Below are positions 1 through 8,144 of a stretch of 64,000 nt of DNA, piece after piece. A program made the translations under genes and the position numbers. The notes beneath the pieces are model-generated. The model was not told where the DNA came from, ran no database searches, and saw nothing but the letters and a program-made list of their open reading frames with translations. The stretch's first letter is position 1; the number at the start of each line of letters is the position of its first letter. The DNA is taken from contig JBGAHS010000001.1 in the NCBI GenBank assembly GCA_044226015.1, positions 608,001-672,000 on the forward strand. The letters are read 5' to 3'. The DNA comes from Candidatus Obscuribacteraceae bacterium (GTDB lineage: Bacteria > Cyanobacteriota > Vampirovibrionia > Obscuribacterales > Obscuribacteraceae).

Positions 1-2
1 AT

Positions 3-236
3 TTGATCTCAATGAATGGTGGCACTCCGGGCGTGGCTTCGACAATCATAATGATTCCATCAGAAAACTGCGCTGTGATCAGTCTGGCGAACCTGAGAAA
101 ACCCCCTGTTTATGCAATCGCAAAGATAGTTGCGAGGATGGCTTTTGGAGATCTCGCTCAGGAAGGCGCTGCTGATCCAAACGCTATGCAACCAGAATTC
201 GGGAAATTGCCTGGAATGCAAGAGAGCGAAGACTGA
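3..236 (+). CDS. C-terminal end of a serine hydrolase / beta-lactamase-family protein (5'-truncated by window edge)
   Basis: NGGTPGVASTIIMIPSENCAVISLAN matches the C-terminal (H)xGxxxGxxS...P.....V..L.N motif of AmpC-like serine hydrolases. Confidence 0.6.
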   Translation: MISMNGGTPGVASTIIMIPSENCAVISLANLRKPPVYAIAKIVARMAFGDLAQEGAADPNAMQPEFGKLPGMQESED

Positions 237-272
237 ATTTCAGTTTGCTCAATTGCCAGGCAGTTTGATTAC

Positions 273-1358
273 TTAGCTGCCGCGCTTTTTCAGATCAGCC
301 AAAGTAAGTCCCTTTTCTTTGAGAATCTCTGCTAGTTCTTCGCAAATCAGTTTAACTGTCGATGGTCCTCGATAAACAAAGCCTGTATAAACCTGCAGCA
401 ATTCTGCGCCGGCGTTCAAATAATCAAAGGCATCTTGCCCCGTCATTATGCCACCGACTCCGATAATCACTTGTCCGTCCTTTTTAAGCCCCTGTACGAG
501 TTTTGTTAGATTCAAATTGCGTTCTTTCAACGGCTTTCCGCTGAGCCCGCCATTACCTATCTCTTTGAGTCTATCATTACTTGTTTTCAAGCCATCGCGG
601 GTGGTGCTGGTATTTCCGCAGACAAAACCTTTGACCTTATAAGCGATAGAAAGATTCACAAGCTCAGTAATAAATGAAGAGTCACTGTCCGATGAGAGCT
701 TGACCAATAAAGGCAAGTTTAGCTTATTTGCTGTGGGCGAGATTCTATCAAGTACTCGTGCGAGTTGCTCGCTCTCTTTTAGACAACCCTCGTGAGTGTT
801 CGGGCAGCTTGTATTTATAGTGACGTACTTGAGGTTTTTTATTTCTTTGACTCGCTCGAAGGTATAGCTAATGTCGTCGACGGCTGCATCGCCTTTGATT
901 TCGGCTTTGTTGGTTTTAGCGATATTGATACCAAAATGAATTCTGCAATCCTTCAATCGTTCAAGTCTGCTTGCTACTACTTCAGCACCTAGCCCATTTA
1001 AGCCCAAGCGATTAATCAAACCTGAGTCTTCTGGTAAACGAAAAAGTCGTGGTTTGTCATTTCCACCGAATGGCTGCGCGCACACTGAGCCGATTTCAAC
1101 GAAGGAAAATCCGAAACAGTGAAGTTGCTCAATTAAGGATGCATTCTTGTCAAAGCCTGCAGCAAGCCCGATAGGGTTGGAGAAGTTTGTATCCAAAGCG
1201 CTGACCGCCAGGTCGCTCTTCCTATAATTTAGTGACAATGCTGGAAGAACTGGAGCCAGAGCCTTCATTGCAGTTTGTGCGAAATGATGTACTTCTTCTG
1301 GATCGCTATTGAAAAGTAGCGGTCTTATCAAGCTGTCGTATAGAATGTCACGGCTCAT
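273..1358 (-). CDS. pyrD: dihydroorotate dehydrogenase (quinone), class 2
   Basis: NPIGLAAGFDKNA, INRLGLNGLG, NTSCPNT, GGLSGKPL, IGVGGI and QVYTGFVYRGP motifs; ATG at 1358 follows an AAGGAG RBS (ORF track extends to 1379). Confidence 0.95.
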   Translation of the reverse strand: MSRDILYDSLIRPLLFNSDPEEVHHFAQTAMKALAPVLPALSLNYRKSDLAVSALDTNFSNPIGLAAGFDKNASLIEQLHCFGFSFVEIGSVCAQPFGGNDKPRLFRLPEDSGLINRLGLNGLGAEVVASRLERLKDCRIHFGINIAKTNKAEIKGDAAVDDISYTFERVKEIKNLKYVTINTSCPNTHEGCLKESEQLARVLDRISPTANKLNLPLLVKLSSDSDSSFITELVNLSIAYKVKGFVCGNTSTTRDGLKTSNDRLKEIGNGGLSGKPLKERNLNLTKLVQGLKKDGQVIIGVGGIMTGQDAFDYLNAGAELLQVYTGFVYRGPSTVKLICEELAEILKEKGLTLADLKKRGS

Positions 1359-1447
1359 TGGCGACTCCTTCACTAACAATCATAACCCGTATGGGCGCTG
1401 ATTCATTTCGGCAAACTAAGGTGTAAACTTTCTATTGAAGGATTTCG

Positions 1448-2143
1448 ATGTCAACAGGCGAATATATGAGACGCGCTTACGCACTAGCATTCAGACCGTC
1501 ACCGCACCCTTGTGGCGAGTTCATCACCAAGTTTGGCGGGCAGCCTGTCTGGTTACAGCAACCCGCCTGGCCAATAAGCAAGTCGACTGGCGAGCCTATG
1601 CGCTTCATCTGCCAGATAGCGTTGTATCCGGAAATTTTTGGCAATGTCATCGGGCGCATGGCATACGTGTTCATGACCGATCTTGAAAAGCATGTCGTGC
1701 CCGCTTGGGATGCTGACTCGGGCGAAAACGCCATAATAATTCAACCTGGTGCGCCCTGCAGATGGGAAACCAGGGAGGACCATATCGGCCCAACGATCTA
1801 CGAATATGTTGAAGTGCCAGGAGATGATGAACTTCATGCCAGGTCCTGCGAATATCTAGTAGATGTGTTCCGAAGAACAGATCCTGAGTTTGTTAATGAG
1901 ACTATTCGCAACGCGATGGATGAGCCAAGCTTCGAGCGATATTCAAAGGAAGTCGAAGGGAATAAAATTGGTGGAACCCCTGGCTTTTTACAAGAGGACG
2001 CTCTTCCCGGACCTGGGCATTTGCTGCTTCAGCTTGATTCGAGAAAAGTACCTTTCTATCTCAATTTCGGAGACAGTGGAGTAGGGTATGCATTCATTTC
2101 CCCTGATGGAACGATGGGCAAATTTCTTTTCCAGAGTTATTAA
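1448..2143 (+). CDS. DUF1963/YwqG-family protein
   Basis: TKFGGQPVW...WP...MRFICQI at the N-terminus; NKIGGTPGFLQ, LLLQLDS and NFGDSGVGYAF at the C-terminus. Confidence 0.75.
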   Translation: MSTGEYMRRAYALAFRPSPHPCGEFITKFGGQPVWLQQPAWPISKSTGEPMRFICQIALYPEIFGNVIGRMAYVFMTDLEKHVVPAWDADSGENAIIIQPGAPCRWETREDHIGPTIYEYVEVPGDDELHARSCEYLVDVFRRTDPEFVNETIRNAMDEPSFERYSKEVEGNKIGGTPGFLQEDALPGPGHLLLQLDSRKVPFYLNFGDSGVGYAFISPDGTMGKFLFQSY

Positions 2144-2161
2144 AGCTGGTTCGAGCTGCTT

Positions 2162-4237
2162 ATGAGTTTGGTGCTAAACCCTGGTGACATTTTTCATACT
2201 CGATATGAAATTGTTTCGCGCCTCGGTGAGGGTGGCGTCGGTACAGTGTACTTAGCAATACAACAAGATAGCGGTCGTGAAGTCGCTATCAAATTATTGC
2301 ATGCCGATGCCCTGGCGTCAGAGAAAGATAGGGCGCGGTTTCTTCGCGAATTCAAAATTCTATCCCGCCTTTCGCATGAACATATCATAGAGTTTTACAG
2401 CGCTGCGCTTACAGAGGACGACATTCCTTACGCTGTTTGTGAGTACATAAAGGGAAGAAGTTTGCTCAGCGTTATACAGTCTGAGCAAAAACTCTCGTGG
2501 GAGCGCACCTGGAAAATTATGGAACAGGTGTGCGCTGCCATGCAATATGCTCACGAAAATGGAATTGTTCATCGTGATTTGAAACCTGAAAATATCATGC
2601 TTTTGGATCACCCTCAAGCAGATTGGGTGAAGGTATTAGATTTTGGGTTTGCTCATGTCGCTTCGCCTACACAGACAATGCAACGCTTAACGGCCACTGG
2701 AATAATTGTGGGAACTGTTTGTTACATGAGTCCTGAACAGTGTCAGTCAATTAAGGTTGATGGACGCAGTGACATCTATTCTCTTGCCTGCATTATCTAT
2801 GAATGCTTGTCGGGGAACTTATTATTTAAGGCGATGAATCCCCTTGATGTTGTGCGCATGCATATAAAGGATGATCCTTCAGCGACCATTTTGACCTTGC
2901 GTTCGCAGGTACCCGATGAAGTTTTGAATGTTCTGTTGAAGGCTCTAAGTAAGGACAGAACTGCGCGATACAAAACGATGAATGAATTCGCCGAGGCAAT
3001 GAAAGGTGTAATTGAAAATCCTCGCAGAGTATCAAGCAAGATTGCATTCAGCCCGAAAAAGAATAATTCAACCTTGCTTGTTGGCGGAGTAGTTGCTGTT
3101 CTTGTGCTCATGGTTGTAGCGGCGCTGTTTCTTTTCTTTCAGGGAAATTCGGCGGAGTCTGGGCGAACAAAAGCCGAGAGTTCTTACTTGGAAAATATTA
3201 GTTCGAGACAAAATCCTGAAACCTTGTTTGCTAAAGGCGAAGCCTTTTTCAAGCAGCATAAGTTTGAAGAAGCTGTTCCGCTTTTAGAAAGCGCAATGAA
3301 AATAAAACAAGACCGTAAGCAGCAAATGTATAAGTGTGCACTGGTGCTAGCTCGAGCTTACCTTGCTTTGGGAAATGTAGACAAATCCACTTGGGCTGCC
3401 ATGGAAGCCTATGATGCAGCAAAGAAACAATATGGTTCTAACAGCAGAGAGTGTGTGGAGGCTCTTCACATGAAAGCGCTTGCTTTGCAGCAAATAGACA
3501 GGAAAGAAGCAAAGGCTGCTGCAAAGGAAGCTCTAAATATTCTCTCAAATCTTCAAGCTCCGGCAGATCTCACGCTTGTGGAAAACCTTTCAATCTATAT
3601 TAAACTTTTGCTTGACGAGCCGAATTCTACCAACAGCATTAAAATTGCAAATCAGGAACTGCAACGTTGGAAAAGCGCAGTCGGTGCACCGTCAACCCCG
3701 CTATTCATAGTTGAGTCCTACATGCTTCTAGATGCGCTTTGTGCATTGAAAGCCGGGGATAGCAAACGCGCTATGTCCATCGCAAATGACGCTGCCACAA
3801 AGTTGAAGAGCCCCGATCAAGTGGATACAAATGACGACCGTTTATTTGTAATCTACACGAATCTGTCTGACGTCTATATTCACGCTGGTAATAAAGAAAA
3901 GGCCATGCGCACCCTGGAGCAGGCCCGGGCGCTTTTCAAAGATAAAGACGCTTATACTCAATTACAACCCTATATGTCCGAAGGGCGATTCCTATTTCAA
4001 CAAGGTTCAATCGATCTTTCGTTATTGGTTTTGAAAGAGGCAGAGAAAGTTGCTTCAAAATTGCAATCGCCTGAAATAGCTCTTTCAGAAATTGCATTCT
4101 CTTCTGCAAAATGCTACCAAAAGCAAAAAAATACAAAGCTTGCTGTTCAAGAACTGTCTAAGGCTCAAAAATTGAATAATGATGCTGCCTTTACGAGCAA
4201 ATGCGAGAATCTAAGACAGCAGCTGGCTGCGAACTAG
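2162..4237 (+). CDS. Hanks-type Ser/Thr protein kinase with one TM segment and C-terminal TPR domain
   Basis: LGEGGVGTVY, VAIK, HRDLKPEN, DFG, GTVCYMSPEQ; hydrophobic LLVGGVVAVLVLMVVAALFLFF; TPR-like helical repeats. Confidence 0.92.
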   Translation: MSLVLNPGDIFHTRYEIVSRLGEGGVGTVYLAIQQDSGREVAIKLLHADALASEKDRARFLREFKILSRLSHEHIIEFYSAALTEDDIPYAVCEYIKGRSLLSVIQSEQKLSWERTWKIMEQVCAAMQYAHENGIVHRDLKPENIMLLDHPQADWVKVLDFGFAHVASPTQTMQRLTATGIIVGTVCYMSPEQCQSIKVDGRSDIYSLACIIYECLSGNLLFKAMNPLDVVRMHIKDDPSATILTLRSQVPDEVLNVLLKALSKDRTARYKTMNEFAEAMKGVIENPRRVSSKIAFSPKKNNSTLLVGGVVAVLVLMVVAALFLFFQGNSAESGRTKAESSYLENISSRQNPETLFAKGEAFFKQHKFEEAVPLLESAMKIKQDRKQQMYKCALVLARAYLALGNVDKSTWAAMEAYDAAKKQYGSNSRECVEALHMKALALQQIDRKEAKAAAKEALNILSNLQAPADLTLVENLSIYIKLLLDEPNSTNSIKIANQELQRWKSAVGAPSTPLFIVESYMLLDALCALKAGDSKRAMSIANDAATKLKSPDQVDTNDDRLFVIYTNLSDVYIHAGNKEKAMRTLEQARALFKDKDAYTQLQPYMSEGRFLFQQGSIDLSLLVLKEAEKVASKLQSPEIALSEIAFSSAKCYQKQKNTKLAVQELSKAQKLNNDAAFTSKCENLRQQLAAN

Positions 4238-4465
4238 TTGCGGACATTTGCATGTTCGCTGCATAAATGAATAGTTAGTTGTGTGCATTAGCACCATTGA
4301 GATGTCAGAATCGTGCGGTCAGCTCATGCTTGCAATACTAGACTTTCATAAACATTCGTTCTGCTTGTCTATCCTCAGCTTTCAGCGTGTAGAACCTCTT
4401 ATTGAATTGACATTACGGCGCCAGAAGTGGTGCTGGTTTTCGTTCAACATTGTTGTGAGGAGTAG

Positions 4466-6025
4466 ATGATTGAAGATAATAATATAAACAAAGCACCTGC
4501 TGTGGATTCTGCTAAACCCACATCTCCATGGGAAATGGTGGCAGCTGCAATTAATCAGCCCGGCATAAATAAAGTTGAATTACCCGCCGCTGAGCGCGTA
4601 GATAAAGCGAGCTCAAACAAAAGTGATGATGCAAGTACAAAGCTTTTACTTGATGCTCTTCACAATGAAATTAGTGAGCACGAGAATTTTGACAGGAATA
4701 AGTCATATCTGGCGAAAGCTTTTGACCTGGTTTATAGTCCTGACTCAAAGTCAATGAAAGAGTTGAAATCGCTTAGTGATGAGTACTCTAACGCTATCAA
4801 GTCGGGGGATACTGTTGCCGTTGAGAAAATGAAAGGTCGAATTGAAGATAAAATCAAATCTGACATGCAAGCTGTAATGGACAAAGCGCAGGCGGATCAA
4901 TTAGCCAGTACCTTCACGAAGACTATGTTTCTGTTTCTGAATGGTTATGCCGGCTGGGCTGGAACTGTTGCCGCTTATTCTCTTGATCAGATGAGACCTC
5001 AAAGCTCTGCCGTGGAACAATTAATAGATGGAACTACCGGAGCTGCTAAGGGTGCTTTGATGAAGGGACTTACCCAGATAATCGGTAATTCAGAACTGCC
5101 TCTTGCTGCAAAGGGAATGGCGCTGGGTGCTTCCTCGCGTGTCCTTGAGCTGGCACTGAACCAAAGAACCTATTTAAATGCTGATTCAAATTCTTTTGAT
5201 TTGAAGCGCGGTTTATCGAACACATTACTTGCCAGCATCAATCCAATGGCGCTTGCAACTGATGCAACAGTGTTCACAATCGCACAGGGCTTAAATAGTG
5301 GTAGTAACTATTTGATGGGGGCAAATTTTGCCACTAGTCCTTTTGTCAAGACCGTCTCAACCGGTTATGTCTTTGGTGCTACCAGCGGTGCTCTGACTGA
5401 ATTGCAACGCGAACGCGCTGCAGGCGAGAATATAGACATTGCTGCGATCGCGTGGCATGGTGCTCGTGATGGCGCGCTTTCGGCATTAGCCGCAAGCCTT
5501 GGTGGAGTTCAGGCTGAGATGGCATGGCGAAAATCGAATGAGTTTCTTTTCCAGAGAGAAGGCGAAAGTGGTCGCTTCAGCTTTGCTAAAACTAAATATT
5601 ATGAGGTCAAAGCAAATCAAGTCAGCAAGCCTGAAGGTGAATATGTGCAGACTCTGGAAAATGGTAAGCAAGGCGAGTTCGCTGCGAAGGGTTCGTGGAT
5701 AGTGGAGCGCTCACCCAGCGAAAAGTATCCAATAACAGAGGCCGAATTTGCAAAACGCTGGCAACCGGTTGCAGGCAAACCTGGTGTCTTTAGCCCCAAG
5801 CCTGTTCCCACTGATATGGTAGAGCTCAGCAAAGCCGTTGACATTAAGACCTCGTGGGGTGATATGCATGGTAATGCTGGTGACTTTCTTGTGAGATATG
5901 GTGATGGCAATTTCGCAATTGTTGCTCGCAATGTCATGCCAGAGACCTACGCGGGAATGGACCCTGCTTCGATCGCCAAACTCAATGCCATCAAATTGCA
6001 GCCGAGTGCTGTTCCTGTGTCCTGA
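4466..6025 (+). CDS. hypothetical protein: helical N-terminus, Gly/Ala-rich hydrophobic middle, C-terminal PGDYG-like domain
   Basis: 519-aa ORF after GAGGAG RBS; C-terminal duplicated motif VQTLE..GSWIV....EKYPI / IKTSWGDMHGNAGDFLV....FAIV....PETY resembles the PGDYG family. Confidence 0.6.
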   Translation: MIEDNNINKAPAVDSAKPTSPWEMVAAAINQPGINKVELPAAERVDKASSNKSDDASTKLLLDALHNEISEHENFDRNKSYLAKAFDLVYSPDSKSMKELKSLSDEYSNAIKSGDTVAVEKMKGRIEDKIKSDMQAVMDKAQADQLASTFTKTMFLFLNGYAGWAGTVAAYSLDQMRPQSSAVEQLIDGTTGAAKGALMKGLTQIIGNSELPLAAKGMALGASSRVLELALNQRTYLNADSNSFDLKRGLSNTLLASINPMALATDATVFTIAQGLNSGSNYLMGANFATSPFVKTVSTGYVFGATSGALTELQRERAAGENIDIAAIAWHGARDGALSALAASLGGVQAEMAWRKSNEFLFQREGESGRFSFAKTKYYEVKANQVSKPEGEYVQTLENGKQGEFAAKGSWIVERSPSEKYPITEAEFAKRWQPVAGKPGVFSPKPVPTDMVELSKAVDIKTSWGDMHGNAGDFLVRYGDGNFAIVARNVMPETYAGMDPASIAKLNAIKLQPSAVPVS

Positions 6026-6046
6026 TAGTACCGATAGAGCTGTAGG

Positions 6047-6085
6047 GAAAGTAGCGCAGAGAAAATGCTGCGCTACTTTCTTTCT
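6047..6085 (+). terminator. intrinsic terminator
   Basis: GAAAGTAGCGCAG-N8-CTGCGCTACTTTC perfect 13-bp stem followed by TTTCT, just after the stop at 6025. Confidence 0.7.
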
Positions 6086-6237
6086 AACTCCATGAGCTTT
6101 ATTTCACTTTTACATCCATTGCAAAGTGTCCAGTTTTCTCAGCCTTCGAATAGATACAAAACCTCGGCAGCGAGTAGGGGAGCATAACTGCTGAGATTCC
6201 TTTAAGGGGGGAAGTGTCACGCGGAGGTGAGTCTCGG

Positions 6238-7440
6238 ATGGATAGGATTGATTTAGCGCAAGAGTCTTTAAAGGCAAAAAGTAATAGTTTGAATGATGAG
6301 CTTGCTGCTCGTTTTCACGATGATATAGAGGGAGTGATTCCACCAGATCTATTGAAGGATCTGGCGAAGCGAAACCCATCTAATTCCAGCTTTTCAAAAA
6401 CAATAGATGAGATGGACAAAATCAACAAACAAGGTCTCGTGAAACCACGTCTAAGCAGAGATAGCAACGGTGCTAGAGAAGTTTACGATGCTGGCGGTCA
6501 GGAACTTGGGCGCGGTGAATTTGGTGAGAAGGCAAGGTTTGAAGGCGAAGCTAAAACTGGCGACGTAGAAGTTGACAGTGTTTATGATTACACCGGAAAT
6601 GTTCGAAAGTTCTACAAAGAAGTCTTCAACAGAAATTCTATAGATGACAATGGTATGAAGTTTATTTCTCGCGTTAACTACGGAGAAAACTTTCAGAACG
6701 CATATTGGGACGGGGTTTCTATGACCTATGGACGCCCCGGAGAGGAAAGCCCATTCAAAACATTCGCATTGCAAGATGTAACGGGTCATGAAATCGCCCA
6801 TGGTGTCACGCAATATGAGTCGAACCTGGTTTACCGAGGTCAGGCTGGTGCTCTAAATGAGAGTATGTCTGATGTCTTTGGTGAAATGGTTGAACAATGG
6901 GTCAATAAAACACCATCCCGAAAAGCTGATTGGGTAATTGGTAACGGCATTTGGAAAGATGAAATAAATGGCAGAGGTCTGCGTGATATGTTACATCCAG
7001 GCACCGCATATGATGACCCGAAAATTGGGAAAGATAAGCAACCTGCTGATATGGATCACTACGTTGTGACTACCAAGGATAATGGAGGAGTTCATACCAA
7101 CAGCGGAATTCCAAATAGAGCATTTGCTGAATTTGCTAACGCTGTAGGTGGCTACTCTTGGGATGAGCCCGGTCATATCTGGTTTAAAGCCAGAGAGATG
7201 GCAGGAAGCAATCCTAGCTTTGCTCAGTTCGCTTATGCAACCGTTGAAGCTGCTCGTGAACTCGGCTATGAGAATCTGGTACCGAAGCTGGAAAAATCTT
7301 GGGCTGCTGTCGGTGTTGAACCATCGAAATCTGCAAAGGATGAATTGACTCCTGCTGTAGAACCGAAGAAGAGTCCGTTTCCGTTTCCATTCCCGGCGTC
7401 CGTCACAAGCGTCATGATGGACAAGAAACCAGCTGCATAG
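6238..7440 (+). CDS. M4-family (thermolysin/protealysin-like) zinc metalloprotease
   Basis: NAYWDG, HEIAH (HExxH), GALNESMSD, DNGGVHTNSGIPN; ATG 6238 follows GGAGGTG; no Sec signal peptide visible. Confidence 0.93.
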   Translation: MDRIDLAQESLKAKSNSLNDELAARFHDDIEGVIPPDLLKDLAKRNPSNSSFSKTIDEMDKINKQGLVKPRLSRDSNGAREVYDAGGQELGRGEFGEKARFEGEAKTGDVEVDSVYDYTGNVRKFYKEVFNRNSIDDNGMKFISRVNYGENFQNAYWDGVSMTYGRPGEESPFKTFALQDVTGHEIAHGVTQYESNLVYRGQAGALNESMSDVFGEMVEQWVNKTPSRKADWVIGNGIWKDEINGRGLRDMLHPGTAYDDPKIGKDKQPADMDHYVVTTKDNGGVHTNSGIPNRAFAEFANAVGGYSWDEPGHIWFKAREMAGSNPSFAQFAYATVEAARELGYENLVPKLEKSWAAVGVEPSKSAKDELTPAVEPKKSPFPFPFPASVTSVMMDKKPAA

Positions 7441-7464
7441 CTTCTGCTCGCACCTCATCATCGT

Positions 7465-7494
7465 CCACTCTGCGACTCTGGTATCGCAGAGTGG
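7465..7494. terminator. inverted repeat downstream of the M4 protease gene (possible terminator or mRNA stabiliser)
   Basis: CCACTCTGCGA-N8-TCGCAGAGTGG perfect 11-bp stem; no clear U-tract. Confidence 0.45.
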
Positions 7495-7519
7495 TCCGTT
7501 GCAGATTGAGAATTTTGCA

Positions 7520-7765
7520 AGCTTTGCGTATGCTCTTCCAGCTCCTTGCGGAAAGCTTCGCTTGCATACTTGCTCCCGCGATCAGAATGCACCATGATTT
7601 GATTTGAGAACTCGTAAGATCCTGGGCGAACCATACGTTTCACGCGACTGCTTATGCGCTTTCGTAATTTCGCTCAGGAGTTCTTTTTGTCGGCGTTCTC
7701 GTTTGCTGACCACGCGACCGTCCCAATCGTAATATCCGGATCGAGATACTTCTAGCACGGCACAT
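7520..7765 (-). pseudogene. IS3-family transposase (OrfB) remnant with large internal deletion
   Basis: CAVLEVSRSGYYDW...ITKAHKQSRETYGSPRI (IS3 OrfB N-terminal helical region) joined out of frame to IMVHSDRGSKYASEAFRKEL (integrase-core HSDxGSQY motif); boundaries approximate. Confidence 0.85.
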
Positions 7766-8144
7766 GTGTTTCCCATACCAAATCTGAGCAACAAAAAGCC
7801 CCTAGCCCTCAAGTGAAGCGAAGCTTCAGAAAGAACACTCCGGGAAAACTCTCACTCGTCTGGTTGGATTTCAGTACCCTCGTTAATTCAAAATACCCGC
7901 ATTTTTATGACAATTGTCGATATTAAATCACTGAATAGCCCTATTGACACCAAAACCCTGCTCCAGGGTTGGGTTTTCGGAACATAAAATCTGAACGGAT
8001 ATTTTGGTCTGTGCAAACTAGTCTCTCGCTTCTACTTAATTACACATCGCTGCGTGTCAATGATAACGTTCCAGCTGCACAAGTTCCCATAATTTCGAGA
8101 TAAACGTCGGAATCCAGTTGGAGTTTGTATAGAGACAGTCGCTG

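Noticed and set aside
7953..7978. Imperfect inverted repeat AAAACCC...GGGTTTT as an IS3 end
   Set aside because: Lacks the TG...CA terminal pattern and has no matching partner on the other side of the remnant
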